A stretch of DNA of 64,000 nucleotides from an uncultured Eubacteriales bacterium (GCA_964558915.1 CAZLFV010000001.1:6313-70312), one strand, 5' to 3'. Counted from the stretch's first letter, positions 44,138 to 54,219 are shown. Program-made: numbers and translations. The notes: generated by a model not told the origin, from the sequence alone.

Positions 44138-45133
44138 TCAGGTTTTGTGCTCTAAAGAAACGTTGTCGAGATAATCCAGCTCGTCCTTGGTCAGCTGGAT
44201 TTTCATACTTTCTGCGTTCTCCGTGGCCTGGGTGGTCCGAGTCGCGCCCGGGATGGCAACGACTGTCTCTCCACGTGAGTGAATCACCCAGCTGAGGGCG
44301 ACCTCGGCGAGCGAGCCGTTGTGGTGTTGCGCGACCTCCCGCAACGCCGCGATCACGGGCCGGGAGCGCTCAAGGCCCTTGGGCCTGAATGCGGACAAGT
44401 ATTTTCTGTAACCGCCTCTGCTCCGGATCAATCCCGGATTCTCATGGAATTTTCCAGAGAGAAGCCCTTGGGCCAATGGAGAATACGCGATGATAGAAAT
44501 TCCGAGCTCGCGGGCTGTTTCCAGAATGCCGTTCTGCTCGATTCTCCGGTCGAGCAAACTGTAGCGGACCTGATTTGAGACAAGCTGCAGGCCTTCGTTC
44601 TGGAGGAGCCGATGCGAGACTCTCATCTGCTTGGCTGAAAAATTGCTGACTCCGATATAGCGAATTTTACGATTCCGGACCAGCCCAGCCATGGATTCGA
44701 CCTGCTTCTCAATCGAGGAAAAAGAAAAAGGATTGTGGATTTGATAGAGGTCTATAGGAAAACCGGCCAGCACTTCCAGCCTCCGGTCGATCGTTTTGGC
44801 GATCGACCTGGCCGTCCGGAAAATTGGCCGCCATTTGGTGGCGATGATGATATCTCCAGGGATTCTTCCCAATGTGTTGAGAGCTTGCGCAAGGGCTCTC
44901 TCTGATTCTCCAGCGCCGTAAGCTTCGGCCGTATCAAACCAATTCACCCCACCCCGGAGGCTGGCTTCAACGATTCCGGCAATCTCCGCTTCGGGCAAAT
45001 TGGGCCAATAGCGTCCGTTCAGTCCTCTGCCTCGGCTGAACTGCCAGCATCCCAGCCCGACCGGCGAGACCATCAGCTCGGATTGTCCCAGTCGTCTGAG
45101 AGGAGGAATGGATGCGGCCATAATCTTATCCAA
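44138..45133 (-). CDS. Aldo/keto reductase
   Basis: 331 aa (TTG 45133, alternative ATG 45121). GLGCWQF, FDTAEAYG, GVSNF and AYSPLAQG motifs. Confidence 0.85.
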   Translation of the reverse strand: MDKIMAASIPPLRRLGQSELMVSPVGLGCWQFSRGRGLNGRYWPNLPEAEIAGIVEASLRGGVNWFDTAEAYGAGESERALAQALNTLGRIPGDIIIATKWRPIFRTARSIAKTIDRRLEVLAGFPIDLYQIHNPFSFSSIEKQVESMAGLVRNRKIRYIGVSNFSAKQMRVSHRLLQNEGLQLVSNQVRYSLLDRRIEQNGILETARELGISIIAYSPLAQGLLSGKFHENPGLIRSRGGYRKYLSAFRPKGLERSRPVIAALREVAQHHNGSLAEVALSWVIHSRGETVVAIPGATRTTQATENAESMKIQLTKDELDYLDNVSLEHKT

Positions 45134-45198
45134 AATATTTCTATCGAAATAGTATGGTATATTTCACAGCCTTTGAGCAGGTGGCGAATGGACGAAGC

Positions 45199-45660
45199 CT
45201 ATCTCTTGTACCTTCCCATGACCTGACCCTGGGCGAGGATGTGCCCCTCCATGGCTTTGAGGAGCTCCGCCTTGGTCGCTCCAGCGGGGAAGCCGAGGAC
45301 CGTGTCCAGAGCGTAGAGCTTGAAATAATATCTGTGCGTTCCGCCGGGAGGACAGGGGCCACCGTAGCCGATCTTTCTGAAATCATTGCGACCCTGGCGG
45401 GCGCCATTTTTAAGGTCCTTTTCGGGCGGGACCGCTTCGTGGAGTTCGCTCGCGCTCGCCGGCAGGTTGTAGATAACCCAATGGACCCAGGTCCCCATCG
45501 GGGCATCGGGGTCGTCGCTGATCAAGGCGAAACTCTGAGTTTCCGCGGGCGCTCCGGACCACGAAAGAGGTGGCGAGAGATCCGCCCCGTCGCAAGTGTA
45601 GCGGCGGGGAATCATCCCCCCTTCTTCAAATGCAGTGCTGGTGATTTTTAGGTCCATCAT
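45199..45660 (-). CDS. PEBP-family protein (YbhB/YbcL, Raf kinase inhibitor-like)
   Basis: Start set at ATG 45660 after [20 protein letters not shown] and [20 protein letters not shown] signatures. The longer ORF to 45735 would add a hydrophobic leader, so a secreted form cannot be excluded. Confidence 0.85.
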   Translation of the reverse strand: MMDLKITSTAFEEGGMIPRRYTCDGADLSPPLSWSGAPAETQSFALISDDPDAPMGTWVHWVIYNLPASASELHEAVPPEKDLKNGARQGRNDFRKIGYGGPCPPGGTHRYYFKLYALDTVLGFPAGATKAELLKAMEGHILAQGQVMGRYKR

Positions 45661-45738
45661 CTCTCCTCCTCTAGAGAAAATTGTCCCTATAAACATCAAG
45701 AGAATGGTCGGCCAGAGGCATTGCCTTTGATGCATCTC

Positions 45739-47517
45739 TCACTCCTTGTAGAGAGAGTCGATCACACCCTTAAATTTTTCCTCGATAATGCTTCGTTTCA
45801 CCTTCAAAGTGGGGGTGATTTCTCCCTTTCCAATATCAAAATCCCGGTCGAGAAGGGCGATTTTCTTGATTTTTTCATACGGGGCAAGATGGGGCGTGCT
45901 CCTGTCCACCTCTTCCAGCAAAAAGTCCCGAATGGCCTCTTTTTGGAGCAGGTCTTTGGCGCCGGCATAAGGAATGTTCTTGAGCTTGGCGTAATCCTCG
46001 AGTTTTTCGAGATCCGGGACGATGAGGGCCGAGATGAATTTTCTTTTGCCGCCGATGACCACGGCGTTCAGGATGTACGAATTTTGCTTGAGCATGTTCT
46101 CGATCGGCTGCGGAGCGATGTTTTTTCCGCCCGAGGTGATAATCAAGTCTTTTTTCCTGTCGGTGATGGTGAGGAAGCCCTGGTCATCGAGATGACCGAT
46201 GTCTCCTGTCTGGAGCCAGCCGTCCAGCAGAGTTTCCCGCGTCTCCTCCTCTTTCTTGTAATAGCCCCTCATAATGTTTGGTCCCCGGGCCAGGATCTCT
46301 CCGTCAGGCGCAATCTTCACCTCTACGCCCGGGATAGGCTTTCCCACTGTTCCGAATTTCAGGTCATTGAACGTATTCACGGCAATCACCGGGGAGCTTT
46401 CGGTTAGGCCATAGCCTTCCAAGACGACCAGGCCCAGGGCGAAAAAAAACTCGGCGATGTCCTTTGACAGCGGCGCTCCTCCGGAGACGAAGAAGCGGAC
46501 CCGGCCGCCGGTTTTTTCGAGAATCTTGGAGAAGACGAGCTTACGAGCGAGGTTGGCGCGGAAGCGAAGGGAGCCTGAGACAGGCTGATGAAAAAAGCTT
46601 TTTTCGCGATATTGCTTCCCTGTTTTAACGGCCCAGAAAAAGATCTTTTTTTTCAACCCGGACCCGGCCAGAATCGTGTCCATGACCTTGGCGTAGATCT
46701 TTTCAAAAAGCCGGGGGACGCTAACCATAATGGTTGGCCGAACCTCGATCAGGTTGTCGGCCACAGTCTCGACGCTTTCGGCATAGGCGATGGAACAGCC
46801 TTTATAGAGGAAGGCAAAGATAACCAGCCGCTCGAGCACGTGGGAAAGGGGAAGGAACGACAAGTCTGTATCTTTATCTCCGAAATCAATAATTGAAGCG
46901 AGTGTCTTGATATTGCTGACGAAGTTAGCGTGAGTGAGCATGACTCCCTTGGGAATCCCCGTCGTGCCGGAGGTATAGATAATGGAAGCGAGATCATCCG
47001 GTTTGACAGTAAGGACGATTTCTTCAAAAAGGCCGGGACGTTGGGCCTGGATTTTTTCTCCGCGCTCCAGGATTTGCGACAGGGGCAATAGTCCGTCCTG
47101 AGTCTGGGTCTCAAAGGTGATGAAATTTCTCACTAAGGGCAGGTCCTTTTTTACGGCTGCCACTTTCTCCCAAAGTGCTGGTCCGGACACAATAACGACC
47201 TTGGCGTCCGAGTCATTGATGATATATTTGACTTGTTCAGGGACCAGTGAGGTGTAGACTGGAACCGTTATCCCTCCAAGAGAGAGAACGGCGTAATCCG
47301 TGATTGTCCATTCGGGGCCATTATCGGCAAGAAGAATCACCTTGTCGCCATGGCTCACGCCTAACTCGTGCAGCCCCAGGGCCAGGCGGATGACCCTGTT
47401 TCTGAATTCTTCCGTGGAGATGGAGACATAGCGCCCCTCTTTTTTGGACAGCATAATGTCCGGCTTGGGATATGATTTGGTCAGATGAAGAAACATTTGC
47501 GGAAGGGTATCGGTCAT
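45739..47517 (-). CDS. Long-chain-fatty-acid--CoA ligase (AMP-forming)
   Basis: 592 aa. AMP-binding motif IIYTSGTTGIPKGVMLTH, GYGLTESS, TGDIG...DRKKDLI. Confidence 0.9.
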   Translation of the reverse strand: MTDTLPQMFLHLTKSYPKPDIMLSKKEGRYVSISTEEFRNRVIRLALGLHELGVSHGDKVILLADNGPEWTITDYAVLSLGGITVPVYTSLVPEQVKYIINDSDAKVVIVSGPALWEKVAAVKKDLPLVRNFITFETQTQDGLLPLSQILERGEKIQAQRPGLFEEIVLTVKPDDLASIIYTSGTTGIPKGVMLTHANFVSNIKTLASIIDFGDKDTDLSFLPLSHVLERLVIFAFLYKGCSIAYAESVETVADNLIEVRPTIMVSVPRLFEKIYAKVMDTILAGSGLKKKIFFWAVKTGKQYREKSFFHQPVSGSLRFRANLARKLVFSKILEKTGGRVRFFVSGGAPLSKDIAEFFFALGLVVLEGYGLTESSPVIAVNTFNDLKFGTVGKPIPGVEVKIAPDGEILARGPNIMRGYYKKEEETRETLLDGWLQTGDIGHLDDQGFLTITDRKKDLIITSGGKNIAPQPIENMLKQNSYILNAVVIGGKRKFISALIVPDLEKLEDYAKLKNIPYAGAKDLLQKEAIRDFLLEEVDRSTPHLAPYEKIKKIALLDRDFDIGKGEITPTLKVKRSIIEEKFKGVIDSLYKE

Positions 47518-47625
47518 GGATTCCTCCTTCTGTCATTAAGATACAAAAAAATGACCCTGTTTGTCTAACTCTTGTAAAAAAACCTGCAAAAGAATAACCT
47601 AAGGAGAGAAATTTTCTAAGAACCG

Positions 47626-49386
47626 ATGGCTCACAAGATCGAAATCCTGTCCCATGGCCGGATAATCAAGGCCAAAGAAAAAGAGGTTCTGGCCGATGCG
47701 ATCCACCGGGCCGGCATCCCCTTGAGCCTCTACTGCGACAAGCGTGGTCTGTGCGGGAAGTGCTTTATTGAGATCCTCAGGGGCCCGCGGCCGCCTCTCG
47801 GCGAAAAAGAAGAGTTCTGGGTCAAGCAGAAAACCCTAGGGAAAAACTACAGGTTGGCCTGCCAATACAGAGTCAGCAAGGATCTCGTGATCAATGTGCC
47901 TGCTCTGTTCACGTCTCGAGCTGCGCCGGTGCTTCCGGCCATCCCGCGGTCGGCCTTTCCTCCTGACCCCGCGGTCAAAAAATATTTTCTTGAAGTTGAG
48001 GCACCGGATATCGTCTCTCCTCATTCTCTTTTCGATAAGCTCGTAGAGAATCTCGGATCCAGGCATCTGGACATTCCCGTCGAGGTGCTGAATGCGCTGG
48101 GGCGAACCTTGGCGAAAGGACGGCACAAAGTGACCGTGACGGTATATCGGGAAAAGGAAATCCTCGCCGTGGAGCCCGGAAACACGATCGACCAGAACTT
48201 CGGGCTGGCCGTTGACATCGGAACGACGACTCTGGTTATGGACCTTGTTGACGTGAATTTCGGGAAAACGCTGGATACCGTGGCCGCTCTGAACAACCAG
48301 GTGACGCGGGGAGCAGACGTGATCTCGCGGATTGCCTATGCAACTCTTGCTCCCCAAAACGCTGTCGAACTCAGGAGCGTGGTCCTGGAAGCTCTGAACG
48401 GGATGATCGGACGAATTCTCGCGAAAAATGGCCTCTCCCCTAACTCGGTGTATGAAGTCGTTGTCTCTGCCAACACAACCATGAATCACCTGCTCCTTGG
48501 AATTCCTGTCGATACTCTTGCCGTGGCTCCTTATCATGCCGTCTTTTCCCGTCTTCCGGCGCTCTCAGCGCGGCAGGTGGGTTTTGACGTTCATCCGCAG
48601 GGCAAGGTCTATTTGGCGCCGAACATCAAAAGCTTTGTCGGTGGAGATATCGCTTCCGGCCTCCTGGCTGCGCGGGTGTCTTCAAAGAGGGAGAATTTTC
48701 TCTTCATTGACCTGGGGACAAACGGCGAGATTGTCCTCAAAGCCGGGCCCAAGCTCCTAGCCACCTCGACTGCGGCAGGCCCGGCCTTTGAGGGGATGAA
48801 CATCAGCTGCGGAATGCCGGCGCTTCCGGGCGCCATATATAGGGCTGAGGAGGGGCGGACGATCAAAACATATACGCTTGGGAACACGCCGTCGCGGGGG
48901 GTCTGCGGGACCGGCCTGATTGACCTCGTTGCCCTTTTTCTTAAAAGGGGTTTGATCTCGCCGCGCGGAACGATCCGAGGCTCGGCAAAAAAAATCCGGG
49001 TCAAACGAAACATTGTTTTTACGCAGGAGGACATCCGGCAGATGCAGCTGGCCTGCGCCGCCATTAAGACAGGAATCCGGATGATGCTCAAGGCTAATCA
49101 TCTCGCGGAGCGAGACTTGCACGGGATCTATATTGCCGGCGCCTTCGGTAATTATCTGAATATCAAGAATAGCATGGCGATCGGGCTTTTGCCCCGGGTT
49201 GAGGAGCGCAAACTCGCCTTCATCGGAAATTCTTCTCTTGCCGGGGCCAGACTCCTTCTGATCTCCGCCCCAGAAAGAGAGAGGATCGAGTCCCTGACTC
49301 AGAAGGTCGAGTATGTTTCCCTGGCCGCCAACCATAAATTCCAGGAGCATTTCATCAAGGCTCTGCAATTTGAACCCTGGCCTTAG
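47626..49386 (+). CDS. RACo-like protein: plant-type [2Fe-2S] ferredoxin domain fused to ASKHA (DUF4445) ATPase domain
   Basis: 586 aa. N-terminal CDKRGLCGKCFIEI...LACQ, central DIGTTT and DLGTNGE ASKHA phosphate motifs, as in reductive activators of corrinoid proteins. Confidence 0.75.
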   Translation: MAHKIEILSHGRIIKAKEKEVLADAIHRAGIPLSLYCDKRGLCGKCFIEILRGPRPPLGEKEEFWVKQKTLGKNYRLACQYRVSKDLVINVPALFTSRAAPVLPAIPRSAFPPDPAVKKYFLEVEAPDIVSPHSLFDKLVENLGSRHLDIPVEVLNALGRTLAKGRHKVTVTVYREKEILAVEPGNTIDQNFGLAVDIGTTTLVMDLVDVNFGKTLDTVAALNNQVTRGADVISRIAYATLAPQNAVELRSVVLEALNGMIGRILAKNGLSPNSVYEVVVSANTTMNHLLLGIPVDTLAVAPYHAVFSRLPALSARQVGFDVHPQGKVYLAPNIKSFVGGDIASGLLAARVSSKRENFLFIDLGTNGEIVLKAGPKLLATSTAAGPAFEGMNISCGMPALPGAIYRAEEGRTIKTYTLGNTPSRGVCGTGLIDLVALFLKRGLISPRGTIRGSAKKIRVKRNIVFTQEDIRQMQLACAAIKTGIRMMLKANHLAERDLHGIYIAGAFGNYLNIKNSMAIGLLPRVEERKLAFIGNSSLAGARLLLISAPERERIESLTQKVEYVSLAANHKFQEHFIKALQFEPWP

Positions 49387-49488
49387 GGAGCAGTGAAATC
49401 GTTATTCTCCGGAGTTCGGAACTCAATGAGATTTCGGCCGTCTGCCGGCGTCGACGAAGATCTTCTCCACTCGATGTCAAGAACTAAA

Positions 49489-50892
49489 TCAGGCTTCCGC
49501 CTCCCATACATTCCCCAGCCCGGGTGTGGAGACATGGAATCCCTTTTGGTTCTTCAAATAATCGGCCAGGTTCAGGGCGACCTTCCTTTCTCCGTGGGCG
49601 AGGAAAAGGAGCGGAAGAGGCTGGCGGAAATGATCCAGCCATAGAACTAAGGCGCTGCGGTCGGCGTGGGCAGAAAAACTCTGGATTTGTCTTATTTTCG
49701 CTCGGACGCTGTGATACTGGCCAAATATCCTCACCTCTGGCTGACCTTCTAGGATTTGCCTCCCCAGCGTCCCTTCGGCTTGATAGCCGACGAAGAGCAA
49801 AGTTGCTTCGGGCCGGCTGATGTTGTGGACGAGATGATGCTTGATCCGGCCTCCGGTGCACATGCCCGAGCCGGCCATAATGACGCAGGGGTCGCGAAAC
49901 GAGTTGATCGCTTTTGACTCTTCCTGAGAGCGAGCATATTGGAGACCAGCAAATTGAAACGGCGACTGGCCCGAGTGAAAAAGTTGCTGTGCCTCTTCGT
50001 CCAGGCTTTCCTGGTGCCGCTTAAAGACCTCGGTGACGTTCATGGCCATGGGGCTATCCAAAAAGACGGGTAGGCGCGGGATCCGCTCTTGGCGGATGAG
50101 CCGGCTGAGGTGGTACATTAACTCCTGGGCCCGTTCGACGGCGAAAACAGGGATGACAGTATTCCCTCCCGCTCTGGCGGTTTCAATGATGATCTCTCTC
50201 AGCAGAGTTGGGATATCGGCAGGGTCCTCGTGGTCTCGGTCCCCATAGGTCGAATCCATAATGACGGCGTCCGCTTTGTCAAAAACGCAAGGATCCCGGA
50301 CGAGCGGCTTGTGCCGCTGGCCGATATCGCCGCTAAATACGACCTTCAGGGTTTTTTTCTTTTCCTTGACGGTGAGCTCGATCATGGCCGAACCGAGAAT
50401 ATGTCCGGCCTCATGAAAACGGGCCGACACGTTATTGCTGAGAGCGATCGGCTTCTCATATGAAACGGGTTGGATAAACCCGGAGACTCTAGCGGCCTCA
50501 GCTTCCGTGTAGAGGGGAATCTCCGGAAAACGGCCGCGGCGTCCCTCTTTTTCATGCCGCTTCTTTTTGTAGGCGGCATCTTCTTCCTGGACCCGCCCCG
50601 AGTCCTGGAGGACGATTGGAAGAAGGTCTGCGCTTGCTGCTGTGGTCAGAATCCTTCCTCGAAAGCCTTCTCGAATGAGCTTGGGGAGGAGCCCTGAATG
50701 ATCCAGATGGACGTGGGTGAGAAGAAGACAATCGAGGCTATCCGGAGGGACAGGAAAGCGTTCCCAGTTTCGTTCGAGATAAGCCCTTTCCTGAAAGAGA
50801 CCGCAGTCAAAGAGCAGGCGGGCGCCGTTGGCCTCGAGATAAAAGCTCGAACCTGTGACTTGTTGAGCCGCGCCAAGGAACCGGATTTTCAT
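49489..50892 (-). CDS. MBL-fold beta-CASP family hydrolase (RNA-metabolising nuclease type)
   Basis: 467 aa. LLTHVHLDHSG (HxHxDH), beta-CASP insert and C-terminal AHADR-type motif (SAHADRSAL). Confidence 0.85.
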   Translation of the reverse strand: MKIRFLGAAQQVTGSSFYLEANGARLLFDCGLFQERAYLERNWERFPVPPDSLDCLLLTHVHLDHSGLLPKLIREGFRGRILTTAASADLLPIVLQDSGRVQEEDAAYKKKRHEKEGRRGRFPEIPLYTEAEAARVSGFIQPVSYEKPIALSNNVSARFHEAGHILGSAMIELTVKEKKKTLKVVFSGDIGQRHKPLVRDPCVFDKADAVIMDSTYGDRDHEDPADIPTLLREIIIETARAGGNTVIPVFAVERAQELMYHLSRLIRQERIPRLPVFLDSPMAMNVTEVFKRHQESLDEEAQQLFHSGQSPFQFAGLQYARSQEESKAINSFRDPCVIMAGSGMCTGGRIKHHLVHNISRPEATLLFVGYQAEGTLGRQILEGQPEVRIFGQYHSVRAKIRQIQSFSAHADRSALVLWLDHFRQPLPLLFLAHGERKVALNLADYLKNQKGFHVSTPGLGNVWEAEA

Positions 50893-51105
50893 TCGAGTTT
50901 TTTAGGCCGGACGGACGCAGCCACTATATCAGTTTCCCGATGGGAGGTCTAATGCTTTATTGCTTTCCAAATTTACCAATAGAAACGCCCGACGGGTCCT
51001 GTCGCGGTTCGCCCCCGAACCATGCCACCCGTCGGGTGCGGGCTCTTTTTGCTGGTTTACTAAATAGCTAAGTGTTTTAAATCGCGGAGACGGAGATCAA
51101 GCCCT

Positions 51106-51933
51106 CTATTTGGTCAGATGGATGGAGCCGTTGACTGTTTTCAGGGAGATCTGAGGCCCGCCCTTTCCGAGCTTGCCTTCAAGGGCGTGCTTCGTTTTGA
51201 CCAACCCCTGAAGCGTTACGGGAAAATCTAAAGAAATGCTGCCGTTGACCGTTTCTGCTTTGAGATCGGCATTGAGTTCCTGGGCGGGGCTGACCTGCAG
51301 GGTGATGCCCCCATTGACCGTCTCGGCCTTGATCCCATTCTCGAGCGCGCCGACAGAGAGCTTGATGCTGCCGTTGACCGTGTTAGACCTTATCATACCC
51401 TTGACGTTGAGGGCTTCGATATTTCCGTTGGTCGTGGAGAAGGACAACTCGCCTGAGGCTTTTGACGCGGAAATATCGCCGTTGACCGTCGTGGCGGATG
51501 CTTTTCCAAACGGACCGGTGAGAGAGACCTTTCCGTTGACCGAGCTGACCCTACTCAACTCAGTTCCTTCGGGAACTTTGACATCATATGTCACGCTAAC
51601 TCCCGTCTGATCATGCTCCGGGTAGATTGTCTTGACAGAGACGGACGAAGCGGTTGACTCCACCTCGATTTTCACTTTGGCCAGGTTCTCGGCGGCCTTG
51701 GCTGTGGATTTTACGGCTTTGATTTCGACTTTTTGTTCGGTCCAGGTGGTGACCGCTACAGATCCATTGACATTGTCGAGGCTGAAGGTTCCCTGGGCGC
51801 TGAGCGGTACAACCTTGCTGAATTCCTCCTTATTCTCGTCCGCCTGAAGAGACGCAAAAAAGAAGAACAGGGAAACAAGAATAAGCAAAATGAGCCAGAT
51901 AAGCTTTCTTGGATGCATTTCATCCTCCATCAT
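51106..51933 (-). CDS. DUF4097-like beta-helical putative adhesin with signal anchor
   Basis: 275 aa. Repeated VNG(S/D)I(S/K) units about every 20 residues after a hydrophobic N-terminus. Confidence 0.6.
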   Translation of the reverse strand: MMEDEMHPRKLIWLILLILVSLFFFFASLQADENKEEFSKVVPLSAQGTFSLDNVNGSVAVTTWTEQKVEIKAVKSTAKAAENLAKVKIEVESTASSVSVKTIYPEHDQTGVSVTYDVKVPEGTELSRVSSVNGKVSLTGPFGKASATTVNGDISASKASGELSFSTTNGNIEALNVKGMIRSNTVNGSIKLSVGALENGIKAETVNGGITLQVSPAQELNADLKAETVNGSISLDFPVTLQGLVKTKHALEGKLGKGGPQISLKTVNGSIHLTK

Positions 51934-52001
51934 TTTGATTTCATTCTTAATAGACGCACAAGAGAGGCAGAAGGTTGCTTCGGGCCAGGATGAGCCCAGT
52001 C

Positions 52002-52484
52002 CTAGCTTCTTTCTATCTGAGTCTGCGGAGTGGCGTTTCTGATCATTTCTTCCCAGGCCCTCTTCCTGGGAAAATACATGAACTCGAGAAAGAGAGAGAC
52101 AAAAAGGAGATAATAGAAATCCCTGGACTGGCCGGTGAGGAGAAAGGAAATCAGCCCAAGAAGGGCGGGCAATTCGGCGACGACGGAGATGACCACCGCT
52201 GCCCGGCTCAATTTCTGAACGAAGAGGGAGAGCGTCTCGTTGCCTTTTTTCTTGGTCAAGGCCCGGATAAGAACCCGGAGAAAGATGGCGACGAGGATGG
52301 CCATCCCGTAGAGAAAATAGCGCTCTACCTGAAGACTTGAAGGACGGACAATGCCTGGGTAAGGGCTCAGGACAGACTTGATGATTTCGACGAGTACCGC
52401 GTAGATAAGCAGAGTCGCCACGGCCGCCCAGCTGACGAGGACGCTGGCGCGGAAGGGCTTTTCGAGATCAGTTCTTGGGTCCAT
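52002..52484 (-). CDS. Hypothetical membrane protein
   Basis: 160 aa, 4 hydrophobic segments, AGGAG upstream. No family recognised. Confidence 0.45.
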   Translation of the reverse strand: MDPRTDLEKPFRASVLVSWAAVATLLIYAVLVEIIKSVLSPYPGIVRPSSLQVERYFLYGMAILVAIFLRVLIRALTKKKGNETLSLFVQKLSRAAVVISVVAELPALLGLISFLLTGQSRDFYYLLFVSLFLEFMYFPRKRAWEEMIRNATPQTQIERS

Positions 52485-52559
52485 TTTTGCCGGCTCCTTT
52501 CGAGAAACGCTCTTCCCCTAATTCAAGGGAATTCACATTAGCTCAATTCACTTCTTTGG

Positions 52560-53729
52560 TCATTGAACATGAAGGACGAGGCTTTTTAGGTAATCGCTCT
52601 CAGGATGGTAAATATTGATCGGATGATCGCAGGCGAGATGGTGCCTTTGGATGATGCGGACCTTCCGGCGGGCTTCAACCGCAGCCTGAAAAACCACCTT
52701 TTGAAAGAGGGCCTCGTCCACGTAATAAGAGCAGGAGAAAGTGAGCAGCAGGCCGCCTGACAAAATCTTTTGCAGCGCCAGTCGGTTGATGTCCTTGTAG
52801 CCCCGGCAAGCCTGGACGACGTCCGCTTTCTTTTTGGCGAATGCCGGAGGGTCGAGGATGATGAAATCGTACGGCAGGTCCGTCCGGCGCAAAAATGCAA
52901 AAACATCGTCAACTGCAAAAGTTCTGGATCCTTCCGGGATTCCGTTCAGTGCGAAATTTTGCTTGGCCAGCTCAATGGCCCGCTCCGAGGAGTCGACGGA
53001 ATCAACTCTGGCCGCGCCGCCTGCCAAAGCAGTGACCGAAAACGCCCCGGTGTAGCAGAAACAGTTCAACACGGTTCGTCTCTCGGCCAGAGACCTCACC
53101 AGCCGGCGCATGTCCCTGAGGTCAAGAAAAAAACCCGTCTTCTGAGAGCCCTGGATTTCGACGAGGAAACGAAGCCCGTCCTCCTTGATTTCTACATGGT
53201 CCAGCCGTTCTCCAAAGAGGTGGCCCTCGAAGTCGGAGAGTCCTTCTTCGCGACGCGCTGGGACGTTGGACCTCTCATAGATCGAGCGCGGCGATACTTT
53301 CCGGATGAGCAGGTCCAGGATAAAGGGTTTGAGCTTTTCCATGCCCAGAGTAGTGATTTGAATCACCAGGACATCATTATAACGGTCGACAGTTAGACCG
53401 GGCAGGTTGTCCCCTTCCCCGTTGATCAGCCGGCAGGCATTCGTCCGTTCGGCGAGAAGGACTTCCCGCAAGGCCAGCGCGTCGTCCACATTTGCCTCCA
53501 CGGCTTCAAGAGGGGGTCTTTCGTCAAAGGTCAGCATCCGGCCGATGATAGAGCTCTTCCTGTTAAAATAGGCCTGGCCCAATAGCTCGCCCTCCTCGCT
53601 CCGCACGGGCAGGATCGCGCCGTCTTTAAAATCAGGCAACCGTTTGACCGCGCCGGAAAAAATCCAATGATGCCGGTTGCGGATGGGCTTGTCCTTGTCC
53701 TTCTTGAGGATCACAGCCTGGGCATTCAT
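52560..53729 (-). CDS. rlmI: 23S rRNA (cytosine-C5)-methyltransferase RlmI-type (PUA + class I SAM MTase)
   Basis: 389 aa. HHWIFSGAV N-terminal PUA-like region, LNCFCYTGAFSV SAM motif I, ILDPPAF motif IV. Confidence 0.8.
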   Translation of the reverse strand: MNAQAVILKKDKDKPIRNRHHWIFSGAVKRLPDFKDGAILPVRSEEGELLGQAYFNRKSSIIGRMLTFDERPPLEAVEANVDDALALREVLLAERTNACRLINGEGDNLPGLTVDRYNDVLVIQITTLGMEKLKPFILDLLIRKVSPRSIYERSNVPARREEGLSDFEGHLFGERLDHVEIKEDGLRFLVEIQGSQKTGFFLDLRDMRRLVRSLAERRTVLNCFCYTGAFSVTALAGGAARVDSVDSSERAIELAKQNFALNGIPEGSRTFAVDDVFAFLRRTDLPYDFIILDPPAFAKKKADVVQACRGYKDINRLALQKILSGGLLLTFSCSYYVDEALFQKVVFQAAVEARRKVRIIQRHHLACDHPINIYHPESDYLKSLVLHVQ

Positions 53730-54124
53730 TGCCTTTTTGGGGAAGTCAATTTTTTGAGTTGATGGACGATAGCCACATCCGGCTCGGCCAAAGAATATCT
53801 TCCCATCTCTTCAAGTAGAACCCAGCGGATATCATCGTGCTCACGGAGCCGGAACCGGCCGGCGACATGATTCACTTTATACGCCATGAGCTCAAGCGAA
53901 GAAGCCCGAGAGCTGTAACGGACGGAACAGAGAAAACCTCCCACGCTGGCCTCGATGCTGAATTCTTCGCGAAGCTCCCGTTTGAGCCCTTCTGCGGGAG
54001 TTTCTCCCGGCTCCAGCTTTCCACCGGGAAATTCCCAGAGGCCTTCCGAGCGGTCCCCTTTCTTGCGCCGGGCGATCAGAAGCTTTCCGTCTTTCTCAAT
54101 GATGGCGGCAAGGACTTTCTGCAT
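53726..54124 (-). CDS. Nudix hydrolase (MutT-like)
   Basis: 132 aa. Nudix box GGKLEPGETPAEGLKRELREEFSI. Confidence 0.85.
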   Translation of the reverse strand: MQKVLAAIIEKDGKLLIARRKKGDRSEGLWEFPGGKLEPGETPAEGLKRELREEFSIEASVGGFLCSVRYSSRASSLELMAYKVNHVAGRFRLREHDDIRWVLLEEMGRYSLAEPDVAIVHQLKKLTSPKRQ

Positions 54125-54203
54125 CGCCTAACTATCATATTTCTGCGGGGCGGTTTTGGCAAGCGTTCTCTGATGTTTCCCCGATGACGGGCAGGAAGGC
54201 TTG

Positions 54204-54212
54204 TGGTATAAT
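54204..54212 (+). promoter_or_regulatory. Extended -10 promoter element directly abutting the glgA start
   Basis: TGgTATAAT at 54204-54212. The glgA ATG begins 8 nt after the hexamer, and there is no SD in between. Confidence 0.35.
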
Positions 54213-54219
54213 CCGCGGC

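Larger units (their letters stand above)
43685..45946. repeat. Segmental duplication, copy B (carries the intact AKR, PEBP and acyl-CoA synthetase genes)
   Basis: 43685-43748 matches 38029-38092 (inside the transglutaminase-like gene, 2 mismatches). 43742-44027 matches 38624-38909. 45141-45351, 45467-45618 and 45770-45946 match the rest of copy A. Confidence 0.9.
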
